Shown here piece by piece: positions 10,457-20,800 of a DNA stretch of 62,731 bases; position 1 is the stretch's first letter, and every line of letters begins with the position of its first letter. Position numbers and translations under genes: made by a program. The notes below the pieces were generated by a model. That model searched no databases. It saw nothing but the letters and a program-made list of their open reading frames with translations, and was not told the origin of the DNA. The stretch covers positions 1 through 62,731 of IMG/VR virus record IMGVR_UViG_3300007513_000035; one strand, written 5' to 3'. This DNA is from a virus. Taxonomy: Duplodnaviria > Caudoviricetes.

Positions 10457-12943
10457 CTACAGTCTCTGCGTCAAGACTCCCTGGCCGCCGGAAATTGATC
10501 CGTTGGCAAGTGAAGCTATTAGATTACCCTTACCCTCATCAGTTAACTCAAGAGAAAGATTAATATTGATCGAAGGTGCATTCTCAGTGGCAGCTGTTAT
10601 TAGAGCCTGGCTAGCCTCATTCAACTTGGTTACAGCACCTGTTAGACTCACCTCGACAGGTGCCAGTGTGGGCACCTCGAGACTGAGTGCTGACAATCCG
10701 GTAAACTGGGATGCGATCTGAGCGCCTCTTGCGGCAATCTGTCCCTCGAGCTCAGATGTTGCCACACCAAACTCCTCGCGAATCCTATCTAAGGGAGAAA
10801 GGAATTCCCTAGCAGCCTCAGAGAGGTCAGATTCTGAAAGAGCATCAATGATTCCTTCGGTAAAGCGTAATCCAAATGGGCTTGGAGACTCGCCGAGGTA
10901 GCCATTCCCCTCAGCGACCCGATCCATATTGGCGAACAACTCACCGGCGGCTTGGGCGACTGATTCTGCAGAAGCTGGGGAATTTATGGCATCGGTCATA
11001 CCTTCGGCAAAGGCCAGGCCCGTATCTGTCCCCAGGGACATGCCAACGATATTTCTCCCGATCCCTTGAAGGCTCTCTGGGTCTAACGATATCTCCGCTG
11101 CAACACCTGTAACGTCCTCTCTTATATCACTAAAGAAGGTTCGCATGGATCCGGCGAGTTTTCCCATAGGGCTGGTTGGGTTTTCAGCATCGAGCTGCTC
11201 CGTGAGCACCCTGGCTGTCTCTTCACCCATCCCTCTACCAATCTCCTCTGCCACGGGTCGCATCTCAACTTCAAAGGTTAGGGCGAGACCGTCCATCTCA
11301 TCCTTCATCTGTCCCATAAAGCCTTCTGGCCCGGTCAGACCTTCTCGAATTCCAGCGAGTGTTCCCTCAGCCAGACTTCCCGGCACACTTCCCAGTGCAC
11401 CGGCAAACCTAACTGTCGAGTTTGCTGATCTTTCGGTATCCTCAGCGATGAGAGCCAGCTCACTCTGGGTCTGTGACATACCGGCCCGTATCTGAGCATC
11501 AGTAAATGCATCCCGAAACTGTTTAGCTGTCTGACCAATGGTTCTCTGAACCCTCGCCATGTCAGTATCGAAATCTCTGATCAGATCTTCCTGCGTATAT
11601 TCCTCAGCGCTGGGTCCCTCAGCAAGGGCATCCGCCTGGCCCGCCAGAATGTCTTCAATCTCCTGCACATCCTGAGCTGCCAGAATTCTCTGCATGTCTT
11701 CGACTTCTAGATTGTACTGAGAGGCTGTTGCCCTTGCCATTGCCAGGTTATCAGTAAAGTTCTCGGCTGTCACACCTGCATCAAGCATTGACGTTCGAAC
11801 CAGATCCATCATGTGGTGCTGGCCCTGGTTTGCCGCAGTCATGGCCTCAGTAACGTCAATATTAATCCCCATCAGGGCATTTAAGTTAGCAGCGGCCTGT
11901 GCTGCTCCTTCAAAGCTTTGAAACTGACCCACAACGCTAGAGAGAGACTGGAAGTCGAGGCCCATCTGGGAAAGCTGCGCTGATGCAGCAGCCATGGTTG
12001 ACTCTGTCATGTTACCAAAGTTTTTAACATCCTTGGTCATATCCACTACGTTGGCAGCGATAATCTTCGAGCTTACATCTGTAGCTCCCTCGGTAGCCTT
12101 GATAGTCCTGGCAACATTCATCAGCAGATCATCATTGGCCTCGCCTGTCATGTCAATCTGTCTCTGGACAAACAGCGCAGAATCTGCCTGGGAGATGTTC
12201 AGAGCCTTCATCGCAAGGGCTGTGCTCTCTGTCGTCTCTCGGGAGTCACCGGCGAGGAAAGCAACCGCATCCCTGTTGTCTTGTGCTATGCTGTGAAAGA
12301 GCTGGGAGAGTGCTGATTGATCTTCAAACAGATCAAACATCGTGAGGCTGGTTCCCTCAATACCTGTATAGAACTCCTCATACATCTCCCCCACAGCCCG
12401 GTTCGCCTCGGCAGCCTGCTTATTCGCACCCGTGGCATGTTCGTCTATGGCGCCAAAAGTACCACCAAATGCCTGCTGAATCTCAAAAAACTCCTCCCGC
12501 AAGGGACCGCCATGCGCTTGCATTATATCGAATAGACCTTCGACCTGGCTAAACATGGAATCAAGCATGCCCTTGGCCTGGCCGGCGACGCCGGATATTT
12601 CTTCAAACAGGCCCCCAGCGATTCCCACGGTGTCGCCTGAGTCCACTCCGGTGGCCAGACTAGCCAGTGAGAGACCCCCTAGGGCGGCCCCGGCTGCCAA
12701 AAGACCCATCTCTAGCTTCCGAGCGTCGGTGGTAGCCGACGCCATCTGGGTCTGATAATCACCTAGCTCTTCAGTGAGCGTTCTATACTGCGTCGTGAGG
12801 GTTCCCACCGCATCAACTGCTTCATCAGTCTGGGTTCTATATGCGCCCATGGAAACAACGGCGGCATCCAGCTCTTCAGCTAAAGTTTGTTGAGATCGCG
12901 CGGCAGCGTCGGCGTCGGCGTCTGGTTCGTCTTCTTCGACCGT
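10457..12943 (-). CDS. Tail tape measure protein; probable start at ACG 12943 (first ATG at 12850)
   Basis: Ala/Glu/Gln-rich helical protein located after the chaperone and before the baseplate genes. The frame is open for 31 codons upstream of the ATG, back to an ACG preceded by GAGGA. Confidence 0.75.
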   Translation of the reverse strand, partial: TVEEDEPDADADAAARSQQTLAEELDAAVVSMGAYRTQTDEAVDAVGTLTTQYRTLTEELGDYQTQMASATTDARKLEMGLLAAGAALGGLSLASLATGVDSGDTVGIAGGLFEEISGVAGQAKGMLDSMFSQVEGLFDIMQAHGGPLREEFFEIQQAFGGTFGAIDEHATGANKQAAEANRAVGEMYEEFYTGIEGTSLTMFDLFEDQSALSQLFHSIAQDNRDAVAFLAGDSRETTESTALAMKALNISQADSALFVQRQIDMTGEANDDLLMNVARTIKATEGATDVSSKIIAANVVDMTKDVKNFGNMTESTMAAASAQLSQMGLDFQSLSSVVGQFQSFEGAAQAAANLNALMGINIDVTEAMTAANQGQHHMMDLVRTSMLDAGVTAENFTDNLAMARATASQYNLEVEDMQRILAAQDVQEIEDILAGQADALAEGPSAEEYTQEDLIRDFDTDMARVQRTIGQTAKQFRDAFTDAQIRAGMSQTQSELALIAEDTERSANSTVRFAGALGSVPGSLAEGTLAGIREGLTGPEGFMGQMKDEMDGLALTFEVEMRPVAEEIGRGMGEETARVLTEQLDAENPTSPMGKLAGSMRTFFSDIREDVTGVAAEISLDPESLQGIGRNIVGMSLGTDTGLAFAEGMTDAINSPASAESVAQAAGELFANMDRVAEGNGYLGESPSPFGLRFTEGIIDALSESDLSEAAREFLSPLDRIREEFGVATSELEGQIAARGAQIASQFTGLSALSLEVPTLAPVEVSLTGAVTKLNEASQALITAATENAPSININLSLELTDEGKGNLIASLANGSISGGQGVLTQRL

Positions 12944-12964
12944 TCTAAATTAAAATCCTCAATA

Positions 12965-12972
12965 ATAAGTAT
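12965..12972 (-). promoter_or_regulatory. Late-type promoter motif ATACTTAT
   Basis: Same motif recurs in most intergenic gaps upstream of structural genes. Confidence 0.6.
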
Positions 12973-12987
12973 TATGAAAACAAATTA

Positions 12988-13212
12988 TCAAGTAAACCTT
13001 CTTAATTTAGCGGGAACCTGGGCTCTATCTTTTCCTGTTAGCGCTCTGATGTCTGCCGTGTTATCACTAGCAGATTTTGAAGATCCTGTGCCTTTGATCT
13101 CTTTAATGATCCTGTCTATGAACCAGGACCTGTATCTAATAGGAATATTTCGACACTCTATGTATGACATTCCTAAATAATATTGGAGTAAGAAGAATTG
13201 CTCGAGACACAA
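12988..13212 (-). CDS. Small tail or baseplate chaperone ORF, probably the frameshifted C-terminal extension of the upstream gene
   Basis: Frame is open upstream of the TTG through TTT TTT GGC CTG (FFGLGSDYRELCLEQFF...), overlapping the FFWPGE* end of the upstream gene in the +1 frame. Confidence 0.65.
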   Translation of the reverse strand: MCLEQFFLLQYYLGMSYIECRNIPIRYRSWFIDRIIKEIKGTGSSKSASDNTADIRALTGKDRAQVPAKLRRFT

Positions 13213-13222
13213 CTCCCTATAG

Positions 13223-14083
13223 TCACTCCCCAGGCCAAAAAAACCCGGTTCCCAACGGTAGCTGAATCTTAGAGGTATCTCCGCAACTATTACACTCTAG
13301 AGTCGTGGACATATCAACACCGGGTTCGTGATCCGTCATGTATGTCCTCAATTTTCTAGAGTCAAGTGCTGGCATATTATTAACAAAAGTCTTAATCTTG
13401 TTGCGATCTGTAATCCCGTCTACAGATAACACAGTCTTCTCTAATCGTCTCGTCACTGTACTCTCTGTTTTCATATCGGGTAATAACAGTCGCATCTTCT
13501 CAGCTTCTGCTGCCATCTCCTCTTCGTCAGCTCCCGTCAGGAACTTAAACTCCACTTTTTTCTTTGTTACCGGAAGGGTAAACTCAAATCTATTTTCTCC
13601 CTCTACTGCAGGCTCTATTTCAAGAGGTTTAATCCCGAGGTCAGCAAGGTTAAACTCATGGGATGTCGATGTATTGCACTTCGGGCACATCGCACGAGTT
13701 GTATATGTTTGTCCGTACCCCGTAATTCTAATTGCAATCATTACGGCGTTTCTATCCCCTACAATGAGATCTCTAGATCTAATACTGTCATCAATCAGGC
13801 ATGACTCAATTAGCTCGGTAATAACCGTACCTTTTCTAAGAAGTGCACGCGAGGTTAAAATATCTTCCTCTCTGGCAGTCATTGCTCTAATGTCAACAGT
13901 TTTAGCGCTATATAGCGGGCTATCGGGTGGGTAGATCATCCCTTGTGACGGGACCGGAACTGTCTCAACAGGAACCTCCCACCCAAAGTCATCTCTCATG
14001 ACATTTACCCTTGGTATCGAGTCATTCCCCGCAGCAGGTCCGCCAAATATTTCATTTCTCGGTCTGGTGTCTTCGCTAGACAA
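13223..14083 (-). CDS. Baseplate hub or tail assembly chaperone (T4 gp26-like)
   Basis: VPSQG, IRAMTAREEDIL, LIVGDRNAVMIAIRITGYG, two CxxC pairs (CPKC, CNSC), LPVTKKKVEFKFLT, terminal FFWP; sits between tube and tape measure. Confidence 0.75.
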   Translation of the reverse strand: MSSEDTRPRNEIFGGPAAGNDSIPRVNVMRDDFGWEVPVETVPVPSQGMIYPPDSPLYSAKTVDIRAMTAREEDILTSRALLRKGTVITELIESCLIDDSIRSRDLIVGDRNAVMIAIRITGYGQTYTTRAMCPKCNTSTSHEFNLADLGIKPLEIEPAVEGENRFEFTLPVTKKKVEFKFLTGADEEEMAAEAEKMRLLLPDMKTESTVTRRLEKTVLSVDGITDRNKIKTFVNNMPALDSRKLRTYMTDHEPGVDMSTTLECNSCGDTSKIQLPLGTGFFWPGE

Positions 14084-14100
14084 ATCAATACCCTTGCTTT

Positions 14101-14126
14101 AATAATCTTATTAGGAGAAGATTATT
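14101..14126. repeat. Perfect 9-bp inverted repeat AATAATCTT-N8-AAGATTATT, next to a second AT-rich imperfect palindrome (about 14125-14153)
   Basis: Read directly in the gap between the tube and chaperone genes. Confidence 0.6.
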
Positions 14127-14169
14127 TGTAAAATATTTTTGAATATTTACAAAAAAGATTAAAAACAAA

Positions 14170-14661
14170 TTAGTACTGAAGAACGCAATTATCAATTCTC
14201 AGCTGAAGATCAATTGCCATCGGTGTAGTCGCATCGCTGTAGTCTAAATCTTGAAAATTTGCACTTTTTATCATACAACCTTTCATGTCCCAAAGCTCAA
14301 CAACAGTTCCAACGGGATCAAGTAGCTTAAGCTGACAATCTCTCTTATAGAAATCTGCGTAACCAGCGCGGCCAGAAACAGACTCATAGTGAGTTCTAAT
14401 CCATTCCATTACCTGTTGTGCCCCAGATGGCGCAATCGGATCATGTAAAGAAACTCGAACTTCTCCAAAAGTCATCTTTCCGTTAAGATAACGAATGGCG
14501 TTAATGAAGTCTATTTTAATCTCATCAAATTGAAACGTTGGTCTTTGAGCAGTCTTCATTAAGAAAGCGTCAACTCCCTCTATTTGAAAAATCCACCGAT
14601 ATTTTCTCTTTGGCTCAAATTTATTAGGAAGCATTTCGCTAACTGATAAGGTAGTTGCCAT
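14170..14661 (-). CDS. gp19: Tail tube protein (T4 gp19-like)
   Basis: FEPKRKYRW, AQRP, LHDPIAPSGAQQVMEW, GRAGYADFYKRD, LKLLDPVGTVVELW; downstream of the sheath genes; AGGAG SD. Confidence 0.9.
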   Translation of the reverse strand: MATTLSVSEMLPNKFEPKRKYRWIFQIEGVDAFLMKTAQRPTFQFDEIKIDFINAIRYLNGKMTFGEVRVSLHDPIAPSGAQQVMEWIRTHYESVSGRAGYADFYKRDCQLKLLDPVGTVVELWDMKGCMIKSANFQDLDYSDATTPMAIDLQLRIDNCVLQY

Positions 14662-14704
14662 GTTAATTTCTCCTGTATATCCTTATATATTCATCAAACT
14701 TACT

Positions 14705-17700
14705 TTAAACGTTATCAAATGCATCTGAACCTGCATTACTTAGCACAAAATCAAGAGAGATGAACTCTGCAGTCCTGGTGGGCTGCAAGAATATCTTACC
14801 TCGAATTGTGTTATTCTCTACGTCGGCCTGAGTCGTCGTAGATGTATCAATTATAACCTTGTACCTATCCACACCACTTAACTCCTGAATGGATTGCATA
14901 ATGGGATTAACAAGATCATTAAATCTGGCCAGTGTCTCCTCTCTGTTCGGTTCAAAAAGAAGTGAGTTTGCAATCTGTCTCACAGATCTTCTAACCTCAA
15001 TCAACAACCTTCTAACATTTACTCTGTCAAGTGAAGTTGCAGCCTGCAATAGCGTTTTCTGCCCCCAGACTACGAGAGGTTGTCCTGGGAAGTCCGTAAG
15101 AGGATTAATATCTGAAGAATAAAGATCATCAAGATTATCTCTTGAGAGGTCTACCGTAGCAAACAGCATGTTTGATAAGGCACCCCTTGTGAATCCGGCG
15201 GGAGCAAACCAGGGATGCCCAACCGAGTCGTTAAGTCCAAATGCACCGAGAACACCTACAGACGGGGGAACCTGAATATTTGATTTAGTTTCTGGATCAA
15301 CCATGACAAGATCTGGGAAATAAGCGGCAGCAAAAGACGTGTTCAGTGCTCTGTTATTGAAATCTTGAACTGTATAGGTCACGTCAACGGTCTGTGCTGT
15401 TCCTGTCACGACAGTGTTAAGTGTGTCTCTCTCTTCAATATCCATAATATACAGGGTATCAAATCTACTTTCTACAGAGCTAATTGCGTAATCAGTCACT
15501 GCTGTGTCTCTTATCCCGGGTATTGCTAGCAACTTAATACTAACATCTGAAGTATTGCCCATTATATCTATTGCCTTTCTATACGCGGCAACTGTAGGTC
15601 CTGCGACACCCCCTTGATTAGTAGAATCATCTATCTCCCTCTTTGCTGCGGCATCCACCAGTTTGCTAGTGTCTTCATTGAATATTCTTGTTCCGTCGAA
15701 GCCGCCCTGCATTATGGTTGTGAATCTGGTAAATTTCCTATTTCCAGGTGTCTTAAGATCTTCAGCCTTGAAAGCTCTAGTAAATCCAGTTCCGTCGGCG
15801 CCGGACTTATCATCTGCAACGCTTCCTCGCCTAACATAAGAAGCTGATAGCCATTCGTCGACGTCAGCGAGACCGTCAGACCCTGTTCTAACTCTTATCT
15901 TCTCCAGGGAGAATTCATTGTAATGAAAACGATCACAGTCTCTTACGATTCCATTTGAATCGGCCACTCCTGCATTGTTACCTTCAATAAAATTAATATT
16001 TGAGGTTTGCATTCTTGCAAAATACTTGGTCCGGCTTGGAAGGTCTGTTCTGACAAAGCCCAGATTGTTTGGCTGGGTAGGATCAGCCTTTTGTTCAAAC
16101 TGAACTCCCCAGTGAAGCCTAGCGTTGAGATCCTTTTCGGGAGCTAAGCCCGTGTAAATATTCTCTCTATATGCAATAGGCGGCGGAGTCGCTCTGTTAA
16201 TTGTATCCTGAGAATCTCTAGATCCTGACAGATACTCCTTGAAAGCATCCACCTTCAAAGAAGTTACATTTGTCCCGCTCATAAGAGTATTCGATCCGGA
16301 GGTTATGATGTGATCTGGACCCCTGAAGCCCATTGGCAAGGCAGAGATAGGAACCTTTCCAAGAGTAACCTCGGGCGCCATTTCAACTCGTATCCTAGTG
16401 GAGGCATTCGGATAATCACCCTGCACCACAAGCCTCTGTGCCCTGGTTGCTTTATCAAAATCAAAGAATGTACTTTGGTCACCAATAATTCTTGCAATAT
16501 ACCTGTCATCTGTCGGGTCTAGTGACAATCCAGAATATGTCTCAAGGGCTTCTCGGGTAGCGTCAGTATCCCCAAAAGATCTAACAACCACATCAAATGT
16601 GGCAGGAATCGTAGCATCTGTCGGCATGCTTAGATTTTGTATTGATATCTTGTATTGTGTGTTAGGTTCTGCACCGTCCGACCTGGCATGTATTCTAAAT
16701 AGATTTTTCCTAGTTGAGCCGAAAGTTTGAGATGTAAAGAAGGGGGTTCTTGCAGATGCATATCTGTCTCGGAAGCCTTCATAGTCCGGGGTTGTCGTTG
16801 TATTTCCTGTATTCCTGTCTAGTGTGCTGTATGTAATGAAGGCAATCGGCTGTTCAGCAGATCCGCACTCCCGAACAACACCCGACCCTGTGGGAACCGC
16901 CAGGCCTGGGTCGATATCATAGTGAGAATAAAGAAGATGGCCCCTCTTTTCATATTTTAGTGGATCCTTATTAAGAACTTTAGAAATATAATTTCCAGCA
17001 CCCGGATCAAAAGAAGCAGTGATAAAGCTTCTATAGTTTTCATCAGGATTATCAAGGTGACCATTTAAAAGAAGAACAAACTCCTGCTGGGCATTAGCAA
17101 TCTTAACTGTTCCTGTCAAGTCTCCTCTCTGTGGCCAGCCGGAGGATCCTTCATCACCTGCAACAAGTGTTGGAGGTCCTACAGCATGAGCCTGACCGGT
17201 CTCTACAGTCATTCCAATCGGTGTGTTATTGTAAGCGGTGCCGTGGACAATAGCAGAGGCTGAAAGGGCTGGAACAACGCCAGAGGGCGTCATAAGAACA
17301 CCTCTAATGATTGCCGATGCTGTGTGGAAACCCTGAATTCCAGCAGAGCTGAAGATTGTGCTTCCTGCAGACTCAGACATGTAGCATCCCAGGAAGTATG
17401 TTCTACCTAAAGGTCCTCCTGATGCAGCGTAGGGGTTCGCAGAAATCATACCGTTTAGTCCAATCTGTTGATCTCCAACAATGAAGCCTGCATTGGTAAC
17501 AGTTCCGTCTGTAGCCCTCTGCTTTCCATCACCACACCCCAGGACCCTGACATAAGTTAGTGATTGGGACCTTTCAAGCCACTCTCTAGCAGCTAAAGGT
17601 CCAAATATCTCTCCGTTAGACGGACCAAATCTATTGACAAATTCCTGATATGATCCCACAGTCACTGGAACAAAAGCTGGTCCGCTTTGGGCAGTTCCAA

Positions 17701-17797
17701 TTACTCCGGCAGGAACACCTGAAGGAGACGTCGGTGATGCAAACGTAAGATCAACCTCTGTTGAAGAGACTCCGGCACTTCTTCCTGATAATGGCAT
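14705..17797 (-). CDS. gp18: Tail sheath protein, paralogue B
   Basis: N-terminal GVIGTAQSGPAFVP; C-terminal PWFAPAGFTRG, LYSSDINP, VWGQKTL, DRVNVRRLL, LQPTRTAEFI. Confidence 0.93.
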   Translation of the reverse strand: MPLSGRSAGVSSTEVDLTFASPTSPSGVPAGVIGTAQSGPAFVPVTVGSYQEFVNRFGPSNGEIFGPLAAREWLERSQSLTYVRVLGCGDGKQRATDGTVTNAGFIVGDQQIGLNGMISANPYAASGGPLGRTYFLGCYMSESAGSTIFSSAGIQGFHTASAIIRGVLMTPSGVVPALSASAIVHGTAYNNTPIGMTVETGQAHAVGPPTLVAGDEGSSGWPQRGDLTGTVKIANAQQEFVLLLNGHLDNPDENYRSFITASFDPGAGNYISKVLNKDPLKYEKRGHLLYSHYDIDPGLAVPTGSGVVRECGSAEQPIAFITYSTLDRNTGNTTTTPDYEGFRDRYASARTPFFTSQTFGSTRKNLFRIHARSDGAEPNTQYKISIQNLSMPTDATIPATFDVVVRSFGDTDATREALETYSGLSLDPTDDRYIARIIGDQSTFFDFDKATRAQRLVVQGDYPNASTRIRVEMAPEVTLGKVPISALPMGFRGPDHIITSGSNTLMSGTNVTSLKVDAFKEYLSGSRDSQDTINRATPPPIAYRENIYTGLAPEKDLNARLHWGVQFEQKADPTQPNNLGFVRTDLPSRTKYFARMQTSNINFIEGNNAGVADSNGIVRDCDRFHYNEFSLEKIRVRTGSDGLADVDEWLSASYVRRGSVADDKSGADGTGFTRAFKAEDLKTPGNRKFTRFTTIMQGGFDGTRIFNEDTSKLVDAAAKREIDDSTNQGGVAGPTVAAYRKAIDIMGNTSDVSIKLLAIPGIRDTAVTDYAISSVESRFDTLYIMDIEERDTLNTVVTGTAQTVDVTYTVQDFNNRALNTSFAAAYFPDLVMVDPETKSNIQVPPSVGVLGAFGLNDSVGHPWFAPAGFTRGALSNMLFATVDLSRDNLDDLYSSDINPLTDFPGQPLVVWGQKTLLQAATSLDRVNVRRLLIEVRRSVRQIANSLLFEPNREETLARFNDLVNPIMQSIQELSGVDRYKVIIDTSTTTQADVENNTIRGKIFLQPTRTAEFISLDFVLSNAGSDAFDNV

Positions 17798-17823
17798 TAT
17801 TTAATTCTCCAAATCTTATGTAT

Positions 17824-17831
17824 ATAACTAT
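17824..17831 (-). promoter_or_regulatory. Late-type promoter motif ATAGTTAT
   Basis: Recurrent motif upstream of the GGAG SD of sheath B. Confidence 0.6.
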
Positions 17832-17836
17832 ATAAT

Positions 17837-20800
17837 TTATTCAAAGCTCACTCCAGAATTTGCAATAATGAAGTCAATTGCTATGAATTCAACCGCTCGA
17901 GTCGGAACTATTCTGATCTGACCGTTTAGTTTGTTGGCTTCAATGTCAGCCTGTGAATTATTTGATTCGTCCATAGTTACTTGAAACTGATCTACACCTT
18001 GTTGACTTTGAATGGTTGCTAGAAGAGGTGTTATCTGAGATACGAACTTATTTCTCATCGTTGGGGTGTTTTGCTCGAAGACGTAGTTGTTTGCCACATC
18101 TTCAACGAGGCGTTTTACCTCTAGTAGCATTCTTCTAACATTTACTCTATCCAGGGCAGACCTGGCCTGTTGCAAAGTTTTTTGTCCAAATATAACAAAC
18201 CCGGCATTCGGGAATGATGCTATCGGATTAATCTTTGCGTCATAAAGATCATCCCTATCTGCCTTATTTAGTCTCACGCCTACATTGACAACATCGGTAA
18301 GAGCCGCCCTGTTGAAACCAGCGGGTGCAAACCAGGGATAAGAAACGGAATCATTGAATCCCAGGGCACTTAGCGCTGCAATAGATGACGGACAAGCCAC
18401 GACTCTTCCGGTGTCTGTATCCCTCAAAGAAATGTCTGGGTAGTAAACAGCTGCAAAATTATTATCAGCGCCTCTTGACTGAAATTGCTCACGTGTAGCT
18501 TCAGTATCGGGTCTCTTACCATCATTATCAAATATTCTATCTAAATTAGATGTATAGGATGGAATATCCATCAGATATATTGCTCTTCCGTAATCACTTA
18601 GCCTAGAGAGAGCGTAGTTTGTAACAAATGGATCTCTCTGGCCGGGAATAGCGAGTATATTGACTCTGCTAACCATGGGGTCGGTCATTACTTTAATAGC
18701 TGACCTATAGGAATTAACGTAGTTATTGGTTTTACCAATACCGGCCGTAAAGGCTTCTCCTCTGGTAGATGAGTACCTGTACATACCAATGTCTAGGGTA
18801 GAGTTAGCTTTTCCTGTAGCTGCAGATGAGCATGCACGATCATTTAGGTAAAACATATCTGGATCAAGAATATTAACTCCGTCAAAACCGCCGTGGAAAA
18901 TATTGGTAAATTTATTAAACTCTGAGAATTTATTAAAATATACCGAAGAGGTTAGCTGAACCAGAGATAAGAGTGACAACCTTCCTGTAGAGACTCCGTC
19001 ATTAATTGTTCCATCTGTGGCTGTGCTGGTACTATTTCTAATATATGCTGCCCCTCTCATGTGCTCTGCAGCAGAAGAAGTTAGATAGGCCCAGACTGCC
19101 CTTGTAACGTTGGCCTTGGTATTTTTATTGTCCCCAAGAGCTACCTTAGCTAGAGTAAATTTATTATTACTATGCTCATCAGCAAGAGAACCTGTTGTAA
19201 GAACATCCAGACCGCCAAAACCTAGAAATTTTGTATAAGATCTAACCAGGGGATTAACTTCATCACTAGCATTTGGATTAAGTATGGCATTTGAAAGAGA
19301 TCCGGTTCTTGGAACTCGAGTTGTTTTAACCCCCCAGTAATACCTGGCATCTGTGAGCTCTTGTATTCCCGGATAGCCTATAAAGCCGGTTTCTTCACTA
19401 ACATTTCCTTTTGTACACTTGAATGTAAGCGGAAGTGGGGGAAGAACAGAGGAGGATAGGGGTGTGGCAGCATTTACAGTATTGGCACCGCTTAGATGTA
19501 ACCTTGCAGATCCTCTTGGCATGACTGCGCCCTGGATAGTCTCATTAAGAGTCTTTGGAACTGGGAGACCTTTAAACCCGAATGGTAGAGCCTGGGGCGG
19601 GAGATCACCTCTCGCAACATCCCTGTTCATTACAACTCTAATTCGTGAAGAGACATTTGGATATTTTCCAGAAATGACCACTCTTCTCTCTTTTTCCACT
19701 CCGGCATCAAAGTTATAATATGCCTTAAAATCTCCAATCTTCTTGGCAATATAATTTTCATCTGTCGGATCTAATGTGCAGTTTCCATACTGTTCTAATA
19801 TCTGTATGTTCGTATCACTATCTTCAAAATTTCTAACCAAAACTGTAAAGGTTCCATACGGATTTTTAGGATCTGTGGATTTTTTAATGTTGGATATTGA
19901 AACTTTAAATCTATCGTTTACAACTGCGCCATCACTTATTGTCTCGAAGCTAAAGAGACTATATTCCTTTCCTGATGCGATTCCTCCAAAAGGTTGGGAT
20001 ATAAAGTCTGTGGTCTTAGCCGGTCGGAATCTTGTATCAAACCTTCCGTATAGATCCTGGTATGCAATACTAGCGATCGGATTGCTAACCAGGCTCCCAG
20101 AGGCAATTCCCACAGCCTTGTTTCCTGTGTTGGTAAAGACTGAAGCCACCTCTTCTTCAACTGCAAAGTCACCATAAAGAAGATGCTCCTCAGTCTGAAA
20201 TTTAGTAGGATCTGTATTTAGAATGTTCCCTATATACGCATCATCAGACGGATTAAGAGAGGCAGTAAGTATTCTTACTCCCGCCTGGCCTTCGTCAGTT
20301 CCATAGGATGAACCAGCTGAGCTAGAAAGTACAATCTTAAACTTTTTGAACATTCCGCTTGACGGGTCTTGGTTGACACCGGCAACTTCGGGTCTTGGGT
20401 CATTGGAAGAAAACTTAGCAGCATCAAGGACCTCCATGTTTGTCCCTGTGGCCAGGAACACCATCCCTCTAACAAGATGGACAAGATTGCTACTTGTAGC
20501 CAAATCAAATGTAGCGTTATCAGAAAACTGAGGATAAGCGATTCCTTCTGCGCCGGATATGTAATGGGTGGCAACAATGAATTTTACACCACCTGGCGTT
20601 CGCTGACCGCTGTGGGTGGATTCACCATCACCAGCAATGACAGTGAAGCCTGAGTTTTTTACATATCCATACAGACGAGTGGCTTCAAAATCTGCTGCTG
20701 TTTCATTTGTTCCTGCCCCCAGAACCCTTATGAATGTGGCCGCAGTCCTATTCTTAAGGAACTCTTTAACGGCAAACGGACCAAACTGGTTCTTGTCTGG

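Noticed and set aside
12905-12922. GGCGTC tandem repeat
   Set aside because: Only about three units; explained as Asp-Ala codons in the tape measure N-terminal extension.
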